From positions 1 through 64,000 of IMG/VR virus record IMGVR_UViG_3300032323_001119: DNA of 64,000 bases; one strand, written 5' to 3'. How positions within the stretch are numbered: the first letter of the stretch is position 1; each line of letters begins with the position of its first letter. The translations under genes were made by a program, and so were the position numbers. This document shows, one piece after another, positions 1-8,605 of this stretch. The notes beneath the pieces are model-generated. The model saw nothing but the letters and a program-made list of their open reading frames with translations. It ran no database searches and was not told the DNA's origin. The DNA comes from a virus.

Positions 1-686
1 ACTGCATCATCTGCGTGATCCTTTGCTCTTTCTTCTGCAAGACCAATCTCTGTACTTGTCTTGTATGATGACCAAGTTGTTGTTGATGTTGTTTGAGAAT
101 CTTGAACTTGAGCATCTGCATAACTTTGAGCATCTGTAAGTGCTTGTGCTGCTGCGCCCTTTGCATCATATGTATTAGGAAGGTTTAAGTCTGTGATTGC
201 ATTAGCAATTGCATTGTTTCTGTTTGTCTGCTCACGGCCTTCTGCTAAATCTGTGTAAGCATTTGCTGTTACAACTGCTGCTGCCTCTGCTGCGTTAGCC
301 TTGTTTGTAGCATCAGTTGCTGCTGTGGCTTCTGCTGCAGCCTGTGCTGCGTTAGCCTTGTTTGTAGCATCAGTTGCTGCTGTGGCTTCTGCTGCAGCCT
401 GTGCTGCGTTAGCCTTGTTTGTAGCATCAGTTGCTGCTGCTAACTGTGCATCTGTTGCTGAACCGTATGAGTCAAATGTATTGACATTAATTGTAAGGTT
501 GCCAGCATTGTCAACGGTAAATACGTCTGTGTCTACTGACTTTACAAGTGTGGCTCCACCTACGAGGTTGAGGATATAAGAATCGCCAGCGACTTCTGAA
601 AGTATATTATTGCCATTAAGGGTTGCGGTTGATCCTTCGATAACCAGCCCATTTTTAATTCTAAAGTTTTTATCTACTGTTGCCAT
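1..686 (-). CDS. Virion/tail-fibre protein, N-terminal part (runs off left edge)
   Basis: Read manually: ATG at 686 after GGGAG; MATVDKNFRIKNGLVIEGSTATL...; open to position 1; ATDATNKANAAQAAAEATA repeats like those in 3590..5770. Confidence 0.8.
   Translation of the reverse strand, partial: MATVDKNFRIKNGLVIEGSTATLNGNNILSEVAGDSYILNLVGGATLVKSVDTDVFTVDNAGNLTINVNTFDSYGSATDAQLAAATDATNKANAAQAAAEATAATDATNKANAAQAAAEATAATDATNKANAAEAAAVVTANAYTDLAEGREQTNRNNAIANAITDLNLPNTYDAKGAAAQALTDAQSYADAQVQDSQTTSTTTWSSYKTSTEIGLAEERAKDHADDA
288..438. repeat. 57-bp tandem repeat (~2.6 copies) encoding a 19-aa coiled-coil unit
   Basis: tgctgcgttagccttgtttgtagcatcagttgctgctgtggcttctgctgcagcctg repeated with period 57. 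Confidence 0.9.
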
Positions 687-719
687 TTTTATGACTCCCT
701 GTACTGCTTTATTTTTTTA

Positions 720-1277
720 CTACGCCTTTACTGCTGTGCGAATAAATCTTACTGAAATTTCACCAGAAGTAGGGGTGATTCTTAAACTAATTATACCTGA
801 ATTTTCTTCAAAGGTATAACTAAATAGACTGTTTTCTGTGTTAGACATAATGTTTGTCTCTGATATCATGATGTCTGTACCATCATGTGATGCAAGGATC
901 TCTGATGTATAAAGCTCAGAGCCTTTTCTAACCTGAAGATTATATCTTACTGTTCTCCAGATTGCCTTTGCAAATGAGTCAACGTTTGTAGGATTTTCAA
1001 TTCCATAAACTGTAAGGTCATTGTTGCCTTCCAGCCCAAGTAGCTCTATGGTTGCATCACTACTGTTGTTTACATCATTAAGTAGAGTTTCTATTGCACC
1101 CACCTTGTATGACAAAGAGTCTGGATCTTGAGAACCGTCTATGCCAACTTTAACCTGAAGAGCTTCAATTGCATCATTTGCATTTGCATGCTGTTCAGAG
1201 TGTGATGGCGCTGACAATTGATCAGTTCCATTTGGGTTAATAAATTCGTCTAAATTGTTTGGATAACTGGTGGCCAT
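720..1277 (-). CDS. Putative virion structural protein
   Basis: 185-aa ORF with RBS; MATSYPNNLD...HANANDAIEALQ N-terminus typical of phage tail proteins; structural-gene context. Confidence 0.6.
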   Translation of the reverse strand: MATSYPNNLDEFINPNGTDQLSAPSHSEQHANANDAIEALQVKVGIDGSQDPDSLSYKVGAIETLLNDVNNSSDATIELLGLEGNNDLTVYGIENPTNVDSFAKAIWRTVRYNLQVRKGSELYTSEILASHDGTDIMISETNIMSNTENSLFSYTFEENSGIISLRITPTSGEISVRFIRTAVKA

Positions 1278-1336
1278 TGGCTACCCCCTATGTGAATTAC
1301 TTTACTTAGATAATTATACCGCAAAACATTCTAACG

Positions 1337-1573
1337 CTACCACTTATTTAAAGGGCAGGTAGCATTTAAAAGCTTAGTTTTTGCTGACATAAAACATCCG
1401 CATTTTTTACATGTTTTAGTTAATTGAATTAGTTCTGGGCAGGACTTACATGTATTGTATCTTGATTCTGCTAGATCATCTGAAGCATATTCTGTGTTAG
1501 GATTTAAAAAATCCCATGGCTTTACATCTCTAGTTTTTTCTTGATACTTTTCCCATTCGGTTTTTTCTGTCAT
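1337..1573 (-). CDS. Small Cys-rich protein (DUF6171-like)
   Basis: RYxxCxxCP...CKKCGCFM...CPLNKW motif. Confidence 0.6.
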   Translation of the reverse strand: MTEKTEWEKYQEKTRDVKPWDFLNPNTEYASDDLAESRYNTCKSCPELIQLTKTCKKCGCFMSAKTKLLNATCPLNKW

Positions 1574-1962
1574 TCAAGTTCTCCTGGAATTATGAAGTCG
1601 CCATTAACATATTTCCAGCCTACACCAATCATTTCGGCATATTTATTTTTTTCTGTCCATCCAACTAATGTAGGATTAGAAAGAAGAATAGCTCTAATCT
1701 TTTCTGGACAAACTAAAATATCTACAACTAATCCGTCTTTTATTAGTTCTACGGCATACTCTTCTTCAGAAGAATACTCAGCATTATCTTTAAATTCATC
1801 TATTGTTTCCATTAAATCAGAAAACCATCTATCTGTTGCGAGTGTTTCTACAACTGTTCCATCTATAATAAATGCTAAAGGTTTTCCGCCTTCAATATTA
1901 TTATCAACTCTATGTTGTTTTATTCCTGGAGTAGACCAGTCTATTTCTGAATAAATAATCAT
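1570..1962 (-). CDS. Hypothetical protein
   Basis: 130-aa ORF overlapping the next gene (ATGA). Confidence 0.6.
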   Translation of the reverse strand: MIIYSEIDWSTPGIKQHRVDNNIEGGKPLAFIIDGTVVETLATDRWFSDLMETIDEFKDNAEYSSEEEYAVELIKDGLVVDILVCPEKIRAILLSNPTLVGWTEKNKYAEMIGVGWKYVNGDFIIPGELE

Positions 1963-2002
1963 AATTTATTATATCCTTTTTTATACAGATCTGTCAACAC
2001 CA

Positions 2003-3580
2003 TTATGAATAGCAAGCTGCTCTGCTTCCATCTGGGTTTCTATTAGCTTGACATGCTCCAACTGTAAAGCATGTAGAATAATTTGTACTTGCAGGATTAT
2101 TAACGTCAAAGGAACTGCAGGCAAACCGCCCAGTAGCTGTTCTAGATACATTTGGGCAGCATGAATTTACAGTAGTACCACTTAGTGTTCCAGTTCTTTG
2201 TGACCCTCCAGGACAGCATTGTGGTGAATAATGTATTGGGTCGGTTGGTCCACTATTTGAATAGTTGCATACACAAGGTGGTGGTGGTGTGGTATATCCG
2301 CAAAGTCCGTCTACTTGACGATAATTACCGTATGTAGTTGTTACATCAGCTGCACAATTATAATCATATTGACCAGTAGGAGTTCCATTGCTAAGTTGAG
2401 TTTTTCTTTTTTCTTTTACATTTGTATAAACTTCTCTATAAAATGTTCCAGAGCATTCAGATCCACTAAAATTGCTTTCTGAATATACTTCGCATCCAGT
2501 CCAAGTAATTACTGGTGCTGGAGGAACATATACATCTGTAGTGTAATATGCAGTTGAGCTAACTGTTCCTTCAGAGTTAGCAATACTAGCTGTACATGAA
2601 ATGGTTTGGCCATTTCTGTCAGCCAACATAAAGTTTCCGCCATTCCACACAAACCCTGGACCCCAATAATAATCTAAAGAGCCTGCTGGACTTCCAAAGC
2701 TTCCAACGTTAACATTCATTCTTAGTTCTACTAAGCTTGGATATTGAGACGACTGAGTAGCAGTAATAAAAGAGCTATTGATTGATGGTGGAGTAGATGT
2801 TCTAATTGTTGATAGAGCAACAGATCTTGCTCCTCCTTGAATTCTTGAACCAAGTATATTAGAAAAAGGATTTGAGTTGCTTGTAGGCCAAATAGTTATG
2901 CCCAGCGTTCCTCTTTTGTTTGTTCCTAGATCTAAGTATTTATTACCAAAATCGGTTCCTACTGAAGTTCCTGGCTCTTCATTGTGTGATGGCAGAACAA
3001 GTTCTGTAAAAGAAACTTCTGGTCCTTGATACTGAACATAATATCCATTTGCACCCTTAGATTTTTGCCACAACATATATATTCTTCCGTCTGAAACTGG
3101 ATATGCTGTAAAAAATGGAAGTTTTTCTGGGCCAAGTATAATTCCTGGCTCAACTATCTTTGGTTGTGACTCTCCAACTGCATTTGAAGCATAAACTTTG
3201 CATCTAATTAAATATCCAACATAGTTAAAATTGACATATGCGGTAGCTCCAACTTGAGCAACTCCATTGTGAATAAGTGGTGACCATGAATATGATGAGT
3301 TTGAATATGGTGCCGCTTCCCAAACATATCTGTAGGATGTTGGTGTATTATCCCATGTTCCAGTTGTTATAGAAACTGTTTGCTCTACTAAACCTTCTAG
3401 ACCACTTTGCTGAGAAAATGATGGAGCAACTGTATTTTCTGGAACTCCTGTTGAAAACAATTTCCATTCTGTACCATTCCAGATATAAGAAGCCTTTGAA
3501 TCAACCCATGTTGACCCATTGTGTACCTGTATTTTTTTAAATGGGTTCCAATTAGAACCATTAAAAATATTTAGCGGCAT
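2003..3580 (-). CDS. Minor tail/adhesin-like protein with Ig-like repeats and Pro/Cys-rich C-terminus
   Basis: PENTVAP...TGTWDNTPTSYRYVW Ig-like motif; PPPPCVC...CC C-terminal region. Confidence 0.65.
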   Translation of the reverse strand: MPLNIFNGSNWNPFKKIQVHNGSTWVDSKASYIWNGTEWKLFSTGVPENTVAPSFSQQSGLEGLVEQTVSITTGTWDNTPTSYRYVWEAAPYSNSSYSWSPLIHNGVAQVGATAYVNFNYVGYLIRCKVYASNAVGESQPKIVEPGIILGPEKLPFFTAYPVSDGRIYMLWQKSKGANGYYVQYQGPEVSFTELVLPSHNEEPGTSVGTDFGNKYLDLGTNKRGTLGITIWPTSNSNPFSNILGSRIQGGARSVALSTIRTSTPPSINSSFITATQSSQYPSLVELRMNVNVGSFGSPAGSLDYYWGPGFVWNGGNFMLADRNGQTISCTASIANSEGTVSSTAYYTTDVYVPPAPVITWTGCEVYSESNFSGSECSGTFYREVYTNVKEKRKTQLSNGTPTGQYDYNCAADVTTTYGNYRQVDGLCGYTTPPPPCVCNYSNSGPTDPIHYSPQCCPGGSQRTGTLSGTTVNSCCPNVSRTATGRFACSSFDVNNPASTNYSTCFTVGACQANRNPDGSRAACYS

Positions 3581-3589
3581 TAGAACTCC

Positions 3590-5770
3590 TTAGTATTGAA
3601 TGTAAATATCTCCAGCAGAGTTTCCGCTAGCTGGTGGGGTTGCACTAGTTCCATAAGTAATTTTATTTACATTGGCACCGCTCATTCCATTGGTATATCC
3701 AGTTATTACTGAACTTCCAAGTGAGACCGCTGATCCGTTTATTGTAATGGAATTATTTTGAAGCATAGAATTAGATATTGTTGGTATTGCAGATGTTGAT
3801 ATCTTGCCACTTAAATCAAGTCCAGCATATCCTCCAGCCTGATTTCTATCTGATGCTAATGCATAGTCATCAAGTGAGTTATTAATTCCATTTATAGCTG
3901 TATCGGTATATGTTTTAGCTTCTGCTATACCAGATGTTAGTGCTATTGTTGTTGCATATGATGAAGTAATGCTATTTAGCTGAGACTGAACTCCAGAAGT
4001 AACACCACTTAATCTTTGTATTTCATCGTTAGTAACAGAACCTATTGTTGCAGATGTTGCTTCAAGTCCTCCAACTGCAAGATCATCCAGTAAGCCCTGA
4101 GTAAAATTAATTACTGTGGTTGGCTCATCTGTAACGCCCTTAAAGAATTTCCATTTATTTGATGAAGAATCACGCACAATACCTGAGTGCTGATATCCTG
4201 ATTCATCTACAAAAGAAGAAACTATTCCAAGATCTACCGTATTGGCAGCATTTCCTTCTCCAAGATATATGAGTGCGTCTGAAGTTGAAAAATTAGCTGT
4301 GTCTACTGTTGTTGTTGTGCCATTTACAGTTAAATTGCCATCTACAACCAAATTGTTTTCTATATTTACATTTCCACTAAATGAAGGTCCTGAAACTCTA
4401 GCTATAGTGCTAGGAATTATTGAATCAGAAATCTTTCCAGATGAATCAAGACCTGCTACTCCTTCGGCAACTCCTCTATCTGCATTTGGAATATAGTTTG
4501 TAAGATATCCCTGAACCTCGGTCCTTAAATCATCTACAGATGAGAGAGCTGACAAAAGTATATTTGTTCTTGCTGCATTTGTAGCTGTTACTGCTCTAGC
4601 ATTTGTAAAGTATAGATTGTTGCCTTCTGGCAAATCTGTAGTTGAAGTTATAGAGCTTCCTCCATCTGGAATTGCTGCTATTGCATCTGCTATATCTGAC
4701 GCAACTGCCTGCTTTGCTCTAGCTTCTGTAAAATAAAGTCTGTTTCCTTCTGGAATATCAGAAGTGGTTAAATCAGCAATTGCTGAGCTTGTAAAGCCTT
4801 CTGCATGCATATTAGCATTTTCTAGAACTATTAAATCTTGACTTTCTGCATGAGTTGCTGCTGCTGCAATTGCAGCAGATTGTGCAGCATTTGCTTTATT
4901 TGTTGCATCTGTTGCTGCTGCAGATATAGCAGCAGATTGTGCAGCATTTGCTTTGGTGGTTGCATCTGATGAAGATAGGGCAAGCACTTCTAGCTTTGCT
5001 GCGTTTACTTTATTTGTTGCATCTGTTGCTGCTGTTGTAACAGCAGCATTTGCTTTGGTGGTTGCATCTGATGCAGCTGTAGATACGGCAGCATTTGCTT
5101 TAGTTGTTGCATCTAATGAAGCTGCTGCCTCTGCTAGATCTGCTGCTCCTTTATCGTCATAAACATTATCAGATACTGAAATTGTGTTACCTACTATAGA
5201 TATAGCATTTCCCGCAGTTAAAATATTTTGTTTTCCAGCTACCAAGTTAACTACATCTTCTACATAGTTTTCATTATCTTGTATTGCTGCTGCTAGTTCA
5301 CCTAGAGTATTTAATACTTCTGGAGCAGAATTAAGCAAGTCACTTATTTTAGTGGCAGTATTAGTTGCCGCCGTTGCAACTGCTTGAGTTGATGAGCCAT
5401 AAGGATCAAAAACTCCCTGACCTGCTGCAATTGCTCTAGCTGGAGTAAAGTATAGGTTCGTTCCTTCTGCAAGATTAGAGGTTGTTCTTGAAGAAAAGGC
5501 TTGTTGTATTGCTGCCTCTAAATCTTCAATGGTATCAAATGCTGGGAGTTGTGAAGCTGGAATTTTTCCAGAAGAATCTAGTGTAGCAACTCCATTTGGA
5601 GATCCTATTTTAAAAGCATAGAAATTAATGGCATTCCATCTTTGAGAACCGTTACCAATTTTAAACTTTAGTGTGTCGGTTTCTATTCCTATTTCACCGT
5701 TTAAAAGAAGTGGATTGTTTGCTGTCCAATTCGCTGCTGTGTCTCTTCTTAATTGAATTTTAATTGCCAT
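3590..5770 (-). CDS. Tail fibre protein with Mtd_N-like N-terminal domain
   Basis: IKIQLRRDTAANWTANNPLLLNGEIGIETDTLKFKIGNG; GVATLDSSGKIP and EGTNLYFT repeats; DATTKANAA coiled-coil repeats. Confidence 0.8.
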   Translation of the reverse strand: MAIKIQLRRDTAANWTANNPLLLNGEIGIETDTLKFKIGNGSQRWNAINFYAFKIGSPNGVATLDSSGKIPASQLPAFDTIEDLEAAIQQAFSSRTTSNLAEGTNLYFTPARAIAAGQGVFDPYGSSTQAVATAATNTATKISDLLNSAPEVLNTLGELAAAIQDNENYVEDVVNLVAGKQNILTAGNAISIVGNTISVSDNVYDDKGAADLAEAAASLDATTKANAAVSTAASDATTKANAAVTTAATDATNKVNAAKLEVLALSSSDATTKANAAQSAAISAAATDATNKANAAQSAAIAAAATHAESQDLIVLENANMHAEGFTSSAIADLTTSDIPEGNRLYFTEARAKQAVASDIADAIAAIPDGGSSITSTTDLPEGNNLYFTNARAVTATNAARTNILLSALSSVDDLRTEVQGYLTNYIPNADRGVAEGVAGLDSSGKISDSIIPSTIARVSGPSFSGNVNIENNLVVDGNLTVNGTTTTVDTANFSTSDALIYLGEGNAANTVDLGIVSSFVDESGYQHSGIVRDSSSNKWKFFKGVTDEPTTVINFTQGLLDDLAVGGLEATSATIGSVTNDEIQRLSGVTSGVQSQLNSITSSYATTIALTSGIAEAKTYTDTAINGINNSLDDYALASDRNQAGGYAGLDLSGKISTSAIPTISNSMLQNNSITINGSAVSLGSSVITGYTNGMSGANVNKITYGTSATPPASGNSAGDIYIQY

Positions 5771-6225
5771 TATGAATTTCCTCCGTCGAGTGATGGAGCA
5801 TCAAAATCTTCTGATCCTCCCCCTCCTAGTATTGTATCTTTTATTTCAGCTTCTCCATTAAATAAACCTCCATCAAACAAAGTTTCTTCAACAAATGAAG
5901 GTCCATCTAGGTTACTTCCTGGATTTCCTCCGTCATAACCAATAATTTCTGGCAAAACTAGGCCAGGAGTTGATGGGTTGGAAAGTGACTTAAAGTCAAC
6001 TTGATTTTGAATATCAATTGTATGTACATCTCCATCAAAGGTATGAGTGTGCATGTAAAATGGAGTGGGATCAGTACTTGGTGGTGTAAGTTCTATCCAG
6101 ACATTGCCATTATGAACACGCAAATTTTTAGTCAAAGTGTTAATATAAACTTCACCAACTTGACCAAAGGCTGGGTCTTCTGACAAAGCTAAAAGTCTTA
6201 ATGGGACTAGCATTTGTCTAGACAT
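5770..6225 (-). CDS. Putative virion protein
   Basis: 151 aa; GEVYINT...LRVHNGNVW tail-fibre-like motif; DGG repeats. Confidence 0.6.
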   Translation of the reverse strand: MSRQMLVPLRLLALSEDPAFGQVGEVYINTLTKNLRVHNGNVWIELTPPSTDPTPFYMHTHTFDGDVHTIDIQNQVDFKSLSNPSTPGLVLPEIIGYDGGNPGSNLDGPSFVEETLFDGGLFNGEAEIKDTILGGGGSEDFDAPSLDGGNS

Positions 6226-6227
6226 AA

Positions 6228-7433
6228 TTAACCTACTACAACTACTCTATATTCTCCAGCTGATGGTGCAGAAGCAAAGTTAACAGTTACAGAGTTTACA
6301 CCTGATCTTTGAACATCTGCTTCTACCTGTGCAAAAGGAGTAAGAGCTTCAAATATTTGAACTGTGACATCAGTTGTTCCCAGATTATGGGTTATAGTGT
6401 ATGATGTTGCAGAAGATCCTAAAGTAGTTGCGTACTTTCTTGCAATAGCATGATAATCTGAACCATTGTTTGTTAATGTCCACTTGTCAGATGTTTCATT
6501 CCATAGAATTTCTACATCTGATTCTGTTCCACGCTCTACTGTTATTCCAGCATCTGTTGTTGGAGCTCCAGTAAAATTGCTATTAAGCTTTACTTTATTA
6601 TCTTCAATGTTAATCTGTGTAGTATTTACAGAATTAACAGTTCCAATTACATTTAAGTTTCCGCCAACCTGCAAATTACCAACAATTTCAACATCTTCTG
6701 GTAATCCAATTGTTACGGCAGCATTATGTCCGCTATTTGGTGATACAGTGATTTCATTTTCTGTGCCAACAATTGTAGCAACATAATCGCCTGTAGTTTG
6801 TTCATCTAAATCAATATCTTTTATAGATACAACGCCTGCATTTACATTAAAGTCTGCTGCTGCAAATGATGCAATACCTTTGTTTGTTGTAGATGCATCT
6901 TCTCCAGAAATTGTTATCTTTAGTCCACCGTCATTGGTGACATCAATTCCTTCTCCGCCTTCAATCTTTAATGTTTCGTTTAAAAGATTTACTTGAATTC
7001 CAGCAGCATCATCGTTATTGATTGAAAGTGTTGTAGCTACATCAACTTCTCCAGCTTCAGTAAGTCTACCTTGCTGATCTACTGTAAATGTAGGTATTTT
7101 TGTTTGTGATCCGTATGAGCCAGCATTTACTGCAGTATCATCTAAATCTAATGTTGTTACTCCTGTATTATCAACATATGTTTTTGTTAATCCGACTCCG
7201 CCTTCAACATATGTTCCAATTGCATCTGTAATAACTTCCACAGAAGCAGACATTGGCATCCATGGACCGTTAGGAGATGAAAGTCCATTGTAGTAGTACA
7301 TGACATTATTTGATGTGTCATAATAAACTTGACCAGATACTGGACTCGATGGAGCAGTTCCTAAGTTTTGAATCCTAGCATTGAGTAATTCATTTTTGTT
7401 TAAATCAATGCTTACTAAAAATTTTCTTGCCAT
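6228..7433 (-). CDS. Putative tail/virion protein
   Basis: GQVYYDT, IPTFTVDQQGRLT, GNLNVIGT...IEDN and THNLGT motifs shared with phage fibres. Confidence 0.7.
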   Translation of the reverse strand: MARKFLVSIDLNKNELLNARIQNLGTAPSSPVSGQVYYDTSNNVMYYYNGLSSPNGPWMPMSASVEVITDAIGTYVEGGVGLTKTYVDNTGVTTLDLDDTAVNAGSYGSQTKIPTFTVDQQGRLTEAGEVDVATTLSINNDDAAGIQVNLLNETLKIEGGEGIDVTNDGGLKITISGEDASTTNKGIASFAAADFNVNAGVVSIKDIDLDEQTTGDYVATIVGTENEITVSPNSGHNAAVTIGLPEDVEIVGNLQVGGNLNVIGTVNSVNTTQINIEDNKVKLNSNFTGAPTTDAGITVERGTESDVEILWNETSDKWTLTNNGSDYHAIARKYATTLGSSATSYTITHNLGTTDVTVQIFEALTPFAQVEADVQRSGVNSVTVNFASAPSAGEYRVVVVG

Positions 7434-7447
7434 TTTTTATCTCCTTT

Positions 7448-7885
7448 TTAGGACAGGTATGCTGTCCCCGAAAATGGCTGGGCCATTGTCAATGTTATTT
7501 GGTTAATACTATTATAGTCTATTCCCGTTTCTAATAAGTCTCCAGAGCTTGACTTAACAGATACGTTAGGGTTAAACTGCAAATTGTGATTTATCACTAC
7601 TGAATATATTCCGTTTACTGGACCAGTTATTTGACTCATTTCCCAAGAATACATATAGGATATTTGCTTGTCTAATACGAAGCTATTTTCCACGCTCCAA
7701 GAATCTGTCTCTAAAGACTTAGGGCCCCAGAATCTTGTTGTAATTGTGTCAAAATAAAAGTCCCCTGGGACACCAAGTGAGTTTGAAGGATTTCCTTCTC
7801 CACTGATAATGGTTCTTCCAGGGGCACCAGAAGCTCTTACTACTACTAACGGATTATTTTCAGTTACGATTAAGCGGGTTGCCAT
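7448..7885 (-). CDS. Putative virion protein
   Basis: G.PGDFYFDT motif; structural operon context. Confidence 0.55.
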   Translation of the reverse strand: MATRLIVTENNPLVVVRASGAPGRTIISGEGNPSNSLGVPGDFYFDTITTRFWGPKSLETDSWSVENSFVLDKQISYMYSWEMSQITGPVNGIYSVVINHNLQFNPNVSVKSSSGDLLETGIDYNSINQITLTMAQPFSGTAYLS

Positions 7886-8229
7886 TATAGGGTTACCGCC
7901 CTATTTAATGTAAGATATCCTTCTAGTAATCTAGTAACATTTACACTTGGATCTATTACAACTAAATCGTAAGCAGATTTTGGGTAAAATAGCTTTTTGG
8001 TTCTTTCAGCTGAAACAGATATTGAAAGTTTTCCAAGAGATGGGGTTATTGTGATTCCGTCTGTATGATCTAGTGTAAATGCTAATTTTTTCCCACCTTG
8101 AGTGTCTCTAACTTGCATTTTTGCTGTATGATGGTTTAGCTGTATTGGTTCGTTGTCTTCATCAAGGTACTGCACCTCAAAAGTAAACGTCGCGTTCTCG
8201 TCTACTTGAAAATTTTTTTGAGCTGCCAT
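7885..8229 (-). CDS. Conserved phage beta-sandwich structural/adaptor-like protein
   Basis: ATFTFEVQY...TAKMQVR...YDL...RLLEG motif pattern. Confidence 0.55.
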   Translation of the reverse strand: MAAQKNFQVDENATFTFEVQYLDEDNEPIQLNHHTAKMQVRDTQGGKKLAFTLDHTDGITITPSLGKLSISVSAERTKKLFYPKSAYDLVVIDPSVNVTRLLEGYLTLNRAVTL

Positions 8230-8296
8230 TTTTACCCCTAAAAAGAAAATACCCTTACACTATTTTAGCATAAGGGCATTCTCAATTGACTAATAA

Positions 8297-8539
8297 CTAC
8301 TTGCTCTTAAATCCAAAGCTCTGGTCGCTTGGGCTTAAAGCCTTCAGTATTACTGGAGCAATTGCTGCGAAGCCTGCTGCCACCAAATCTTTTGGATCTG
8401 TATTTCCAGTCATATAAAGTGCTGTTGCGGCTGCTAAAAATGCTCGCCCGTAAGTTCCTAATGCTGCTAGAATTTGTTCTTGCACTGTCACTTTCCCATC
8501 TTTATTTAAATCAGCTTTATCAAATTTTTTGATAGCCAT
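8297..8539 (-). CDS. Holin-like membrane protein with N-terminal EF-hand loop
   Basis: Two hydrophobic segments; DLNKDGKVTVQE fits the 12-residue EF-hand loop. Confidence 0.55.
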   Translation of the reverse strand: MAIKKFDKADLNKDGKVTVQEQILAALGTYGRAFLAAATALYMTGNTDPKDLVAAGFAAIAPVILKALSPSDQSFGFKSK

Positions 8540-8605
8540 TTTATCTTCTCCTCGTAGGCGGGTTGCCCATGAATTTTGGTTTTACCCAATACTATAATTC
8601 TACCA

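Noticed and set aside
301-579. Ala-rich plus-strand ORFs (also 4953, 38774, 40564, 46411, 47061, 47068)
   Set aside because: Antisense shadows of Ala-rich (GCA/GCT) minus-strand genes; no RBS
3590-5770. Diversity-generating retroelement suggested by the Mtd_N-like domain
   Set aside because: No reverse transcriptase and no TR/VR pair differing at adenines seen in this window
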